A stretch of 63,627 nt of DNA, filler included, from Sluysia triapertura (taxonomy: Eukaryota), in NCBI GenBank assembly GCA_046118255.1. It is 4 parts of 4 records of this genome, joined end to end, with 100 filler letters (N's around TTAATTAATTAA, not from the genome) between each part and the next. Parts side by side here need not be neighbours in the genome. Positions count along the whole stretch, not along the records: positions 1 to 12,863 come from JBJNIA010076939.1; positions 12,964 to 28,538 come from JBJNIA010224573.1; 2 more parts are not named here. One strand, written 5' to 3'. Position 1 is the first letter of the stretch. Every line of letters begins with the position of its first letter. A program made the translations under genes and the position numbers. Below are positions 1 through 13,057 of this stretch, one piece after another. The notes under the pieces are model-generated. The model was not told where the DNA came from. It ran no database searches and saw nothing but the letters and a program-made list of their open reading frames with translations.

Positions 1-429
1 TTAGTGAACTTCATAATATATGATTGTGCTTATATCATCTTTTATTTTTATATTAATGTTAAACGTTTAGTAAAATACATCAATTCTACTCGTTATTTTG
101 AATTTATTTTATTGAATAATAGTAATTTTAGTAATAATAACTTTTTACAAGACCTTAAGTCTTATTTTTCTTTAATGGTAATTTTAAATTTAAACTCTAA
201 CTCAATTATGTATCGTAATCGGCCATTTCAGTACGTACTAATCTATATTTAAACTTATAACTAACAACGCAATTCGGATCATCGCTCTCGGATCGTTCAT
301 AAAGAGAGGACCGTATGAATTTGATTCTGCATACATGGTACCTTTTTCCGATTGTATCAGCCAACCTGTAACTAATTTCTCGAAAGTCATTTAAGGTTAC
401 TAAAAACATATGTTCCTTAACTTGTACAT

Positions 430-986
430 TAACATTATAAATAGGTTTTTACATAATAATCTTTTTAATTGTTGAAATTCATCCATAATCTTGGATCATA
501 CCATTTAAATTTGGATTAGAAATCTGTGTTGGATTTATTTGTTTCAAAATAAGTTATCTTATTCAGGTAATTATTATTTATGAAAACATTAGCAAGTCTC
601 AAGTCTCCGTGCATTAATATAGAAGAGTCAATATGATAAAAGCCGTGAAACATTTGATATACAAAATAGCTAATTTGATCATACGGGCATTCTTGTTTGG
701 ATGATATTATACGATGTAATTCTGTTTTTGCAAAACTAAACATTTATTCGTAATTAATAATCAAATAATTAACTGGTTCTAGAGTAACATCTTCAACGTT
801 AACTTCTTTAATTAATTTGACTTTATTGATTATTTCATCACAGAAATAAACAGTTATTTCGTTTTTTGTCCGTTTCTGTGACTGGCACTGTAGTTTTAGC
901 TCATCCGAGCTTTTATTATTCTTCCAAAATTTAAAAATACTGAAGTTATTTTGTTCTTCCTTAGATTCTAATACAAAAGTAGCCAT
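430..986 (-). pseudogene. MAP kinase (ERK/NLK/ERK5-like) pseudogene, N-terminal half of kinase domain
   Basis: ORFs 744-986 and 516-743 are in frame, split by a stop. TELHRIISSKQ..DQISYFVYQMFHGFYHIDSSILMHGDLRLANVFINNNYLNKITYFE matches MAPK SDLHxII..DHVxYFLYQILRGLKYIHSAxILHRDLKPSNLLVNxNCxLKIxDFG with HRD and DFG degraded. A KWY..RLWMN remnant follows a further stop. Confidence 0.7.
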
Positions 987-1055
987 TTTCTTTTTTTAAT
1001 CAGTGATGACAAAGAATCATGAATTATATTATTGAACTGAAGACAGAGATTATTG

Positions 1056-1236
1056 ATTGGTCATCCAACCAGAAGTGTTTTTATTATAATAGTAGTACTT
1101 CTTTTTCTAATTGGATGGCCAATACAAATTAACAACAAAGTGAACATTGACTGAATTACACTGTGATTCCAACCATCATTTACAGCGACATGAAATTATA
1201 AATGTAAATCAAAAATGTCACTGCCGATGATGGCAG
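1056..1236 (-). promoter_or_regulatory. Double inverted-repeat module upstream of the MAPK copy
   Basis: IR 1173-1191/1215-1233 (15/19 match) and CCAAT-containing IR 1056-1068/1111-1123 (12/13), about 70 nt upstream of the ATG at 986. Same layout as 47339-47532. Confidence 0.5.
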
Positions 1237-1299
1237 CTACTCAGTTAATTAATCGTCTAATTTTTGATTTAACATCATATACAAATGAAAATAAAAGTG

Positions 1300-2195
1300 G
1301 TAATATTAATAATAACAACAAAATGTTATTATCATTATTATTACTAACTACATAAACCCTTTGTATTTGAAAGCTTTCTACACGATCTTACTTTTATGAG
1401 TCTTAATTTTCTCAACATATTAAATTTATAAAAACCGATACCTTAAAGAATTGTGAGACTAATATTATAAAATAATGTGTGAAATGTTTTAAATGAATTT
1501 TTAAATATTATCTACTAATTTTAGCTGAAGATAAGTTTAGATGTTAAAAGCCTATGATTTAAGTATTTTAAAATAATACACGTGTTTTTAGATGTTAGTA
1601 GGTCGTGGGTTAAAAGCATGTTGAAAGATAGTAGTATCGATGATGAAAAAAGTATAAGTTATAGTCTATCTTTTGGTGTGTTCAAAAGATGCTTATAGAA
1701 TGTTGAACTGTGATTTATTGACTTAATGTTTTTAAATAGTGATGTTTTTATGTGCTGTTGAAAATTAAATGATGCAGATCATAAGTTTAGAATGTTTTAA
1801 TTGCTTTGAAGATGTCTGTTAGTCAATTTCAGATTGTAATTGAATTGTTGAGAAATGAAGAATAAAATATTTTAGATGGATTTTTTAAATAATTTAAATA
1901 ATAAATGTTATGAGATTGTAGGTTTAATTGATTTTAACGGATAAAGATGTTTTTAGTGGATGTAAAAGAGATAAAGATGGAAGTGTTAAAATGTTTAAGA
2001 GAATGGTTTTATATGCGATGTGTTGATTTAGTTTAATATTGTTTTATGTTGATTTTAGAATGTAAAAGGTAGGTTTTGAAGGTGAGTGTTATGCTGGCAA
2101 AACTTATGTAAAATGAATGTTTTTGATGAGTGTTTTGGGAAATATGAAATGTGAGTTTTAATAAAATTTATTAAGGTTACATGTTGGCCACCACA
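1300..2195 (-). mobile_element. Arm of TGTGGTGGCCAAC-ended element
   Basis: GTTGGCCACCACA at 2183-2195 closes a G/T-rich, C-poor stretch (on +) of about 850 bp that begins at an AAT/ATT-rich run. The end matches 40690-40715. Confidence 0.55.
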
Positions 2196-2410
2196 CTAAA
2201 CACAGTCGTTATTTAGTTTATTTAACTGTTATGATTTCAGATTATTATTTCTATATATTTAAAACTTTATTTTAGTAAACAATTAAATTAATCTATGTTT
2301 ATAATAAATTGTTTGAATTATGAGATCAAAAATGTAATATTTAATTTTTCTTTTGTCAATAATATTACATTATGTTACTAATTCAGAATAATAATAAAAT
2401 ATATAATAAA

Positions 2411-2950
2411 CAACGCCGGATAAAGGAGAGGGCATGCCGGGGCGCCGATATAAAAATAAAATACTTTTTTAGATTTTATAAATTAAAATCGATCATTTTT
2501 CATGAGACATCGATTTTTTTAGCAAGCAGTAAATTTTTTCTTTAATAATACCAAATAAAGGTCACAATGCGCTAATTATTTTAATATTGTGAACTGTTCA
2601 CAAACTGATTTTCAAAAAAATTAATTTAATTAACTATGTTATTGAATTTCTGACAAATAGCATTACAAAAAATCTTTTATTCCAAACGTATACAACAGGA
2701 ATAGCATAACTTACTTTTCAGAATTCTTGCTCCGTGACTCAAACTTCAAACGCGCTCGTCATGTTATTCCATATGTTGTATCGCTTGTTGTATTATTTTT
2801 TTAAATAAATAAATATTTTACACAGTTCTTTATTGTGTAATTTTGATTATTTGCCTTTTTTTAATTCGCAGTAAATTTGTATATTCTTGTATGAAATGGC
2901 GCCAAATTTTGTTTTGGATCGGGCGCTCGAAACCCTAGATCCGACAATGA
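2411..2950. mobile_element. Degenerate hAT-like MITE
   Basis: GC-rich ends CAACGCCGGATAAAGG...GGGGCGCC and GGGCGCTC...CCCTAGATCCGACAATG form imperfect CA..TG terminal inverted repeats in AT-rich background. Confidence 0.4.
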
Positions 2951-2969
2951 TAATAAAATAATAAATTTT

Positions 2970-3335
2970 TTTCGAATGTTCATATTAAAAAATAAAATGA
3001 ATATCCAGAAAAATTATATTTATTATACCTATTTATTACAATTTTTATTTCTTTGATAAAGTCTGTGATTATTAATGGCCTAGATGCTTTTTCTTCTTGA
3101 ATTTCATCAATTAGATCCCATATTTTGCGTACTCAAAGGCTTCCACCTCTTCAACAGAATTATCATTTGTTTCCTCTTTTTCAGAACTTTCTTTTTCATA
3201 CTTCTCTACTAGATCAAATAAGATATGTTCATCAAATTTTGGATTAAAAATTTTCCCTGAAAACCATATGGTTTTCAATAATTTTTGACTTAAATGTTCA
3301 TATTAAACTCTGTTCATATTAAGCAGGGTTCAGAT
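2970..3335 (-). mobile_element. pogo/Tigger-like transposon remnant
   Basis: Repeated GTTCATATTAA subterminal motif around an acidic, frameshifted coding remnant ending ..IITDFIKE*, like Tigger transposase C-termini. Confidence 0.3.
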
Positions 3336-3757
3336 TGAACATGATTGAGAGTCTAAATTATATATAAAAATACTAATTATTATAAACATACTATTAAATA
3401 TTTTTAAGATTAAAAATTTAGGAATAGTAGAAGCATAATTTCCATTGATTATGGTATATCAGAATAATGCATGTCATGAAAAGAAAAAAAAGTTATTTAA
3501 GTTTCCTTCATGATTTTGCACACAATCAAATTTTTTATAGTGACATTTTCAAAAAAGGGTCGACCATGCCAATAGATTTTAATTAATTGTAAAATAAAAC
3601 GTGGGAAAGATATTGAATTTAGGATGATTTTTAATCGCTTTATTGATTTTGTGTTTGCTACGAATTAATTACTAGTTGGCAGTAAACGTGTTAAATAGAA
3701 CTGATTTAAAATAAAAATGATTTTGAAGTAATGGTAAAATTTTTCGATGTACTAGTT

Positions 3758-4033
3758 CAGTGATTCTCAACCACTATGCCGCGAGAATCTTGAAGTTTGC
3801 AGCCACTACTACTCATAAATGCATATAACTACTACAGCTTTAATTACTTCCCTGTAATATTGCGTATGTAGTCTACTAGTTGACAGATTGAAGTGCAGTT
3901 CTACAAAATAAGTTATAGGTGGATCAATCAATTAAACAAGTGAAATTCTTTTAAATTTATCTTAATGTTGCTTTATTTTATCGCCAAATTATTTTGTTAT
4001 TTGTTGCGACAAGAAAAAGGTTGAGAATCACTG
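3758..4033. mobile_element. hAT (Buster/Charlie-type) MITE
   Basis: Perfect TIR CAGTGATTCTCAACC / GGTTGAGAATCACTG. Left flank tacTAgtt fits the Buster nnnTAnnn target, but the two 8-bp flanks no longer match. Confidence 0.85.
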
Positions 4034-4393
4034 TGATCATTTTAAATAAAATGTTTACACAACAAAATCATCTTGGAGGGTCAACATGAAAACATATACG
4101 TTAAACTTTTACTTTTTCGAATACCTTCTTTGTGATTGTATTTGGACGAAAATACAAAAAAATCTATTTGGTAGAAAAAATCAAAAATAGTCCGCATAAA
4201 TGTATTTCATTCATTTTTCCATTACTTTAATATCGCTCTCTAAATCACGAACTTTACGAGTTTTGTTATTTAAACAGTTATTTACGAGTATGTATAAAGA
4301 AAGAGTTGCGTTTATAAGTTAAAAATTAGATTCTTGAGAATCAGTAGAATTATTTATTATACATTTAATTTTTTGAATTTTAATATATTTAAG

Positions 4394-7239
4394 CCACTGA
4401 TCCGCCAATCCTTAGAATGTCGTGATTTGATTGATGAAGCTAAACTGTACCATTTACGACCAGATGTACGTGCTAATTTAATGAAGCAATCCAATGAACG
4501 ATTTTGGTCAAGAACTGAAGCTAGTTCAAATCATTATATGGTATTAGTAGGTGGATTCGGAGCAGATCAAGCACCTATTAGTTCAGTAGAAATATTTGAT
4601 CCTCGTACATTTAAATGGGGCACATTACCAGTTAGAATTGTAATATGTTACACGAATTTACAATTAATTTCGTTATTCTTTATTTTTAAGCAGATTCAAA
4701 TTTCAAATTTAAATATTTAATTAAATTTGAGATAATCAAATTATTTATTATAGTGTTATTAGTGGATTTTATACTTTCGCTTTAATATGTTTAGTGATAC
4801 AATTCTATCAAAAATGAAAAGTAAAAAATAAATAAATAAGTAATTGAATTTGTTATACATATAAGACATAAAACATTAATTCTTTTGTATTAATAAATAT
4901 ATTTGCTGTAAGTGGCTTTAAAATAATTTCTGAAATGTAACCGCACGTTCCATTAAAAAGATAATTTACATTGATTAACTTTGATCTGATTTTGTCTTAT
5001 CAAGTTAATGTCATATTTATACAATTGATAATAGTTTTTTAAATAAATATTATGTTCCAAAAGACAATGCATCACAAAAATATTTACTTGACATAATTTA
5101 GAATAAAGCAAAATATTTTATGATCTTAACTAAGTTTTAATTCAACTATGCTTATTTCTTATATGGATTGCTTGTTGTATTATTATTTTTCAAAGAGATA
5201 TTATATTTAAAAAACAAAAATATTAACTCAAAATGCAGATATTAATTTTAGATTAATTTCAAAACAGAATCAGTAGAATTATAAAAATAATGACATTATC
5301 TTATTCTGAAAACTTTTTATCATAAATACAAAAGAAATTGTTAGATTCTTGAATTGAAGTAATGTTTATAAATATAAATAAAACTGAATATTTTCTTGTT
5401 ATTTGATGCATGATGATCTATTGGTAAGATGAATCAGGATTCGCCTATAGTAAGCGGTTTGTGTCCTAATGGATGGCACCCCTATAAGATTTTTGTTTCA
5501 AATGTGGTTTCTTAGTTCTAAGATTTAAGCTTATCTTACAAATTATGTAAATTTAAACGCAATATTAGAAATTAACTGATACCAAGTGCGTCGGGTTTCT
5601 TTGTGAGTTACTTGATCAAACCGACCATACATTGCCACACTAATTAGTAATACTAAAACGAGAAATTCTTATGTATCGGAATTTCTTGGATGGTTATTTA
5701 GTAGATTCTTTAGTTTTTACTGTCACTAAAGTTACCTTAGATGAGTATACTTTATATAATTATCAATGCACTTCTATTTTTATTTATTAAATACAGCCAA
5801 TTAACTTCTTGATGAACAAAACACGAAAGTAGGAAATTAAGTTCGAAATAGACAACGCAATTATACCATAAAAGCGCTTATAACAGAATTTGATAAAATG
5901 TAAATGCACAACTAAAAATTTTGCTAAAATTATATGAATTATTATTTCAATGAGCATCATTCTCTGTAAATAATTAATTAATTTATTGTTTTTGAGTGTC
6001 CTAACTTAATAAAAAATTTTTATTTTTATTGAATGAACGATAAGCCCTAAATTTCTTTTAAAATAATGTAATTGTAGTTATATACGTTTCCTATTAAAAT
6101 ACCTAAAAATGTTGAATGATTGATTTTTTATTGAATATGTTTGATATTAAATTGTTTGAGCAATCATAAAATAGTGAACCAACGCTAATCAATGTTTAAA
6201 AAAATGGTGAACCACCAAATTACTTAAAATGTGTGAAGTAATGGATGCTGATATTTTTGTAATAATCTAAGATAATTAATACCAATAATAAACATCAATA
6301 TCACTCGAATTTATTAATATGAGTAAACCAATATTTCGAAACGAAAAGGTTAAACGAATAATTATTTGAAAATTTCAAAAATTTAACAAAATATTAATTG
6401 ATTAGTAAATCGTTAATTATTATTTTAAATTTATTTTTAAGCGAAATTTTTACAATATTTTTATGTTTTGAAATTAAAACCTTCATGAATATTTTTAATA
6501 GTAAAGCTACCAAAAGTTAGTTTTAAAATATATTCATTTATTTCACAAATATTAGAAATTTTAAAAAATCAAGATTAATTTAAAATAAATCAAATATGTA
6601 CAGGAAGAAATAAATTTTAATAAATCTTTATTTGTAATATTTGACAATTTGGTTATTACTCTTTCTGTTTACTGAGTTTTATTTTTATTTTACTTCTAAT
6701 TTACTGTAAAAATTGCATAACTTTTTAAAACTATTATATACAGTAGACAACAAAAATTAGAAATGTTAATTTTTAAATTATTTACAATTAACACATTGTC
6801 ATACAATATTTAGAGTCTTCCTGGTCGATATCGCTACGTTGCAGCATGCTCTATTGGCCATTGTATATATGTTATTGGTGGTTTTGATGGAAAAGAAAGA
6901 CTTAATACTGTGTCTATGTTAGATATAGGTAATCAAGCTCAAGGATGGTGTGAATTAGCATCAATGAATTATAAACGTGGATTAGCAGCAGCTTGTGCTT
7001 TTAATGGTGAATTTTTATATGATTATTTTTATAATTGTAGGCAAAATTTATGTATGTGGCGGATTTGATGGTATTGCACGATTGAAGTCTTTGGAAGTTT
7101 ATGATCCTATCGAAAATATTTGGACTAGACAAATGAGTATGGATACGTCTAGAGAAGGTGCTGGATTAGTTGTCGTTGATTCGTATTTATACTGCATTGG
7201 CGGTTATAATGGAATGCAACTGTTAGACACTGTAGAAAG
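4394..7239 (+). CDS. KLHL12: Kelch-like protein 12 homolog, three internal exons (4394-4630, 6814-7006, 7041-7239)
   Basis: GT-AG splicing keeps the frame open. PLIRQSLECRDLIDEAKLYHLRP..VGGFGADQAPISSVEIFDP..RYVAA..IYVIGGFDGKERL..MNYKRGLAAA..REGAGLVVVDSYLYCIGGYNG matches the KLHL12 BACK end and kelch repeats 1-4. Second intron is 34 nt. 5' and 3' exons were not found in the window. Confidence 0.85.
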
Positions 7240-7369
7240 GTTTGTAATAAAATTAAAATTCAATATGTTAAATATTAATTAATTATAATTTTGTTTTTAT
7301 TTGATGCTTTAAACATTTGAGGATTTTATAATGGTTTACGTTTTATTAGTATGCATTTAAGCTTCTCAA

Positions 7370-7371
<2 letters not shown>

Positions 7372-7448
<77 letters not shown>
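7372..7448. repeat. (ATT)n microsatellite
   Basis: About 25 perfect ATT units. Confidence 0.95.
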
Positions 7449-8930
7449 GTACGCATATATAATTATTTTATTTAACTGTGGTTTTATTTTAATTGAGGTC
7501 CTAAAATTTGACTGTCGTTTGACATTTGTGACCTTACTGGTGAGTAATGCTACAGGATTTTAACAAAATTTAACTAGTTTAGATATGACTGTGGCTGTAA
7601 TGATTAAAACATTCAATTCATCATTTTATACCCAATATTATTATTTCAAACATTTACGAAAATCTATTAATTCACATTCAATCATTCACTGTTTCATTTT
7701 CATCTTATAGACTTCCATACTTTTAATAACTTTCTCTGCATTAAAATTAAAAATTTTAAAATTAAATCAATTACAAAGATTAAATCCTTTTAAATTTTAA
7801 ATATTTCATTATTACATCATCATTATTATTGGTTTTATTATTAATATATAATATGAATTTTTATATATTATTTTCACTAATTCTAGTATATTTTATTATT
7901 TTTATTACATTTTATATATTATTTTAATTAAAAACCTTTGTACAAAATTTTTTGCTTTTTGTCTATTTCTCTGACGTTATATAGTATAAAGCTTTTAAAG
8001 TCAAGAGTAGTTAGGAAATTTGCAAATAAATATTCAATAAATTATGTCGCGCAATCAATAATGAGTTATTTTTCATTTTATAGAATTATTTTTACAGCTT
8101 TGATAATGATGCTTATTAAGTTTATGTTGAAAATCATAAAAACATTAGTAGCTTCTGTTTTAAAGAAAAATAAAGTAAATTCACACTTGTTATTGAACAT
8201 ATTTCGTCTGTTTTTACTGAATCAATAGAAAAAGTGAAGAAATCTGTTAAGCAATGATATATTTTAGTCGGAAATTTTTTAGTGCATTTTGATAGAAAAC
8301 CTTTTAATTTTTATTTCATCCTAAAAGATGATGACAATGATCCTGTAGCTTTTACAAATTTGTTTTATGTATAGTAAATAATGAATTTTTCTGAGCGCAA
8401 TATTAAAGTCCTTTTTGATCTATTATTATTGAAAATTTAAATAGATCTGATTTAAAAATGTGCTTGGAACTCATGTATAATATAAAAAATTAACAAATTA
8501 TAAAGATAAATTCCACGTGGATACTATTTATACAATCAATAAAAGTAGAGTTTACAATATTATAATATCAACCAAAGTTAATATTTTTGTTAGAGATTTT
8601 AAAATGGATTTTATATATGAAAAATATATCAAAGATTTTAAACCTTGATTTAATATAATTAAACTTAATATAAGATACTTAATTAAAACAATCTGTTAAT
8701 AAATATTTAGTCAAAATACCATTTTAATTGTTATAATTTTTTCCAACAAGGATTGCTATCCAATAAAATTTTCTGTTAACTAAATTTAATCTGAAGTTAT
8801 GTAAATAATTATTTTCCACTGAGTTTGTACGTATATAAATCGGCCTTTATTCCAAGTAAAATATCACGCTATTTACAAATAAATAATTTAATAACTGTTT
8901 AATAGACTTAAAGCCTAGATTTTACTATAA

Positions 8931-8987
<57 letters not shown>

Positions 8988-9014
8988 GTTGTTGTTGTTG
9001 TTGTTGTTGTTGTT
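8931..9014. repeat. (ATT)n(GTT)n compound microsatellite
   Basis: Directly visible. Confidence 0.95.
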
Positions 9015-9329
9015 ATAGAATGTTTAAGGTTAAGGATGCGAACGTTATAATTAATTGTTTAGGACCAAAATCGTTTAATGAATAACATTTTGATTTAAAT
9101 GGCGTTCAGAATTTGAAACACAAAATGCTAAATGTTGAAAGGTTTGATAAAGTTAGCGTAAAGAATGTAAAGAGATTATTTGATGATTTACGAATGTGGA
9201 GTACGAAGTGGATATAAATTATGTGATTTAACATGATTAAAATTAGAAAATTTCTTATGTGATTTGTGAATTACGGAGTGTTTGAGTAATTTGTGTTATA
9301 AATTGAGTCACCAGTCTAACAAAGTGATA

Positions 9330-9870
9330 TGCCTAGTGAACGAGAATTTCACATCACATTTCATTAAGCTTTTTAATGGTTATTTTTGCAGAACGAAATT
9401 CATATGTAAAAAACTTGTTGGCTGCAATTGATTAATTCTGTTTGTTTTTAATGGAATTTATTATGCACATTTTCAATTTCAACTAATGTAATTTTCAGCC
9501 TCAATCGTTTTACCAGCTTTAAAGAAGCTATAATTAATTAATCCTCTTTCAGTTCACCAAACCATCACCATTATCATTTTTCTAGATGGAAAGTTTTGAC
9601 ATATTTATCTTCATCTACCCATGGAAAAAACTTATATCAGTAGAATATCTGCGCTTAAATTGAATTGGCATAGATCTTTCTGATTCTTTGGTTAGAATAT
9701 TATATTAAATTCGGATTTGGTGTTAAATAATTGAAGGACGTTTTTAGATTTATCATAACTAAATGAAATACTAAACAAAATGAACGTACCAAATGCAATA
9801 AAAAATAGTGATAAAACTAATGTTTTGAATATCATAAGAGCGATGGGAAATATTACTCTACTAATTTTCT
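9330..9870 (-). mobile_element. mariner transposase remnant
   Basis: Frameshifted translation gives WVDEDK..FHL(E)KMIMV(W)W..GLINYSFFKAGKTIEAENY..EIENVHNK..KQTELIN, typical of the mariner catalytic region. Confidence 0.55.
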
Positions 9871-11331
9871 GCGGCGAGAGCTAGATACAATTTTTCTAAT
9901 ATGTTATTGATACAATTTTTCAATTGTGGAACATTTTGAAACTAAACTCAGTATAATACATTGATGGGAGTTAAAATGAAAATGAATTTAAATCGAGTGA
10001 ATTTTACTAAATTTGAAAGAGCCCCTCATTTTCCTCAAAAGACTAATATCGTTGTGAATTATGAATTATATTGTTCTTATTCTTACAATATACTCGTGAA
10101 AATATTCTTGGTATGAATTAAAATAGCTTCTTGATATAGTATTTTGTTCATACATGGTGAACATCGTATGATAATCTATTTTCAGTCATTTCTTTATCAA
10201 CTGAATTTAATATAAACAATTTAATATTTTATTTTTATATAATAAAAATTCTTGGATTTAATAAGATGTATAGAACTTATATAAAAATCCTTAGTGGCGA
10301 TGAATTATTGCATATTTTTTTAGATTAAAGTTTTTCATATATTTTTGTCCAAATGAACTTTTTTATAATGCACCATAGTGTAATTTCACTTGTATTATCG
10401 TTCAACATAAAATTTGTTACAAAATTTGCAATTCCAATGAATTTTTGTTTGTAAATTTACAAATATTGAATTATAAAAATATAAACTCTATAAAAAATTA
10501 TTCAAATAAAGCTTTAAATATAAGTCGAACTTGTATTTAGTAAAATAAAATTTAAATAATTATAGCCAAAATAAATTTAATTTTATAAAAATGTGTTTTT
10601 AATATTTTCAAGTATTAATGAGAGTAGAGAAACTTTTGAGTGATGTGATTGGTTTGTTTATTTAGAAATGCAATAACGAAATGTTGTACTAATTTCTGTT
10701 TTAGAAAATAATTATACAGCAATTTTTTATTAGATTTTGCAGTTCATTTGTTTCAGGAAAATTAAAGATTATTTTGTTATAATAATAATTTTCTAAAAAT
10801 TTAAAATAAAATATACAGCACTTAATTTTAAATTAATATCACACTATTCAAAATTATAGTGCTTATTTAAATAAAATTTTAATTTATAGAAACAAATTTT
10901 TATGATGAATATCTACGATAAATTACTGATATAATTTATTATGTATTATATAGTGCTGCGTAGAAAAGTAATTATTTAATCAAGTAATTCATTGAATAAT
11001 GAATTTGATTAATCAATGGTGTACAATAACTATTATAATAATTAATAATTAATAATTAATAATAATAATAATAAACTCTAGTTATTTCGAAGGTATTTGC
11101 TAAATTTATAAAATCGTCACGACTAATTGTTTATTGATTGATAACTAATATTACATTCACTTCTAGACAGAAAAGTGCAAAAATTTAAAGAAGTATATTA
11201 GTTATCAATAAAAGCAAGAGTAGACTCTAATTTATAAATGCTAAAGTCATGGAAGTAATAAAAATGCGGAACCAAAATGAATGGCTTTACAAAATAAAAA
11301 TGCTGAATATTTTAAAAAGAAATGAAATGAG

Positions 11332-12863
11332 TTGAAGAATAGAAAAAACACCTTTATGAAGTTTGTCAAAAACGATAATGATAATGCTTTGGAAGTATCT
11401 TATCGGGTTAGTTATCTTATTGCTCAACAGGGTGAAGCGTATACAATCGCAGAAAAATTAATTAAGCCATGTATAAAAGATGTAGTTACTACCATGATTG
11501 GAGAAGAACATGCTAAATTAGTTGATTGTATCCCCCTTTCGGATACTACAATTTCAAGACGTATTAAAGATATGTCTATTTTTTGCGAAAAGGAACTGAT
11601 AAGACGTTTGCAAATTTCTGAATATGGATTTACTATTCAACTTGACGAAACTACAGATATAGCTGGATTAGCGATCTTGCTCGTTATTGTGAGATATATT
11701 CATGGAACGGTTGCTCAAGAAGATGTGCTAATTTGCAAAAGTCTGCCAACCAGAACAACTGCGGAAGAAATTTTTAATTTGATAGATTCATATTTCAAGA
11801 AGCAAGATATATCTTGGGATTTATGCCATCAAGTATGTACCGACGGAGCCAAGGCAATGCTTGGCAAATTGAACGGCGTAGTTGCACGCATGAAACAAAG
11901 AAATCTTCAAATGAAAAGTACTCATTGTTGTCTTCATCGACAAGCTCTTGCAGTAAAGAAAATGCCAGAAGAGCTAAAAGACGTACTTAATGATTGTGTT
12001 AAAATTATAAATTTTATCAAATCAAGGCCATTAAATTCAAGAGTTTTCAATTTACTCTGTGAAAGTATGGGAAGTTTACATAAAACACTACTGTTGCACA
12101 CAGACGTCCGTTGGTTGTCTCATGGAAAAGTGTTAGCAAGATTTTGCAAATTAAAAGATGAAATACGAATTTTTTTATTTGAAAATCAACCTCAATTAGC
12201 TCAAAAATTAAATGATGCTGTTTGGATTCAAAAAATGGTATATCTGGCAGATATCTTTACTTATTTTAATGAGCTCAACACATCGCTCCAAGGAACAAAT
12301 ATCAATATTTTCAAAGTACAAAGTAAAATTGACGCTACTTTATTAAAATTGAAATTTTGGGCAGACTGCATTTTAAAAGGAAATATTGAATGCTTTCCTA
12401 ATTTGCACAATATTTTAGTAGACAGTAACGCTACTCTCGATAAAAATGTAAAAAATAATTTAGTCCAGCATTTAACGGATCTGCAAAAAACATTTGTTGA
12501 ATATTTTCCTCCTCAAAAAGAAAAACTATCTTGGATTCAAAATCCTTTTCAAGACTGCGACACATCTGAACTCTCAATACAAGAAAGAGAACAACAAATT
12601 GATATAGCGACTGACTCTGAATTGAAAGTAAAGTTTAATCAAGTTGATATCATGCACTTTTGGATTGACATTAAAAATGAATATCCAGAAATTGCTAAAA
12701 GAGCTGTGAAACATCTAATGTCCTTTGTATCTACATATATATGTGAAAAATCGTTCTCTTTGTATACTGCTACAAAAACCAAATACAGAAACAGATTGGA
12801 TGCTGAAGATGAAATTAGATTGCAAATTTCAACAATTATTCCCGATGTAAAAATGCTTTGCGA
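11332..12863 (+). CDS. hAT transposase, Buster/Charlie (ZBED8/GTF2IRD2-like) family
   Basis: Open for more than 510 codons with PLSDTTISRRI, QLDETTD, CTDGAKAM, HCCLHRQAL, RWLS, YLADIF and STYICEKSFS motifs. N-terminus is disrupted and the 3' end runs into a gap. Confidence 0.93.
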
Positions 12864-12963
12864 NNNNNNNNNNNNNNNNNNNNNNNNNNNNNNNNNNNNN
12901 NNNNNNNTTAATTAATTAANNNNNNNNNNNNNNNNNNNNNNNNNNNNNNNNNNNNNNNNNNNN

Positions 12964-13057
12964 TTCGTATTACTTTAGTAGGATCTTGCATAGCAGTTGT
13001 GTAAGAGAAAAAATCGCCATTGATGCCATATGGCGGTCCCGGGGCTGAAAGGGTTAA
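12964..13057. mobile_element. piggyBac-like right terminus
   Basis: ...GCCATATGGCGGTCCCGGGGCTGAAAGGG-TTAA, i.e. a CCC-type TIR followed by TTAA. Confidence 0.65.

Noticed and set aside
7351-7563. Poly-Leu and poly-Tyr ORFs (also 37577-37988) and ORFs crossing N runs (34660-34939)
   Set aside because: Translations of ATT microsatellites or gaps.
12864-12963. TTAATTAATTAA palindrome centred in N runs (also about 28583 and 51966)
   Set aside because: Identical spacer inside gaps giving stops in all frames: a scaffolding artefact.
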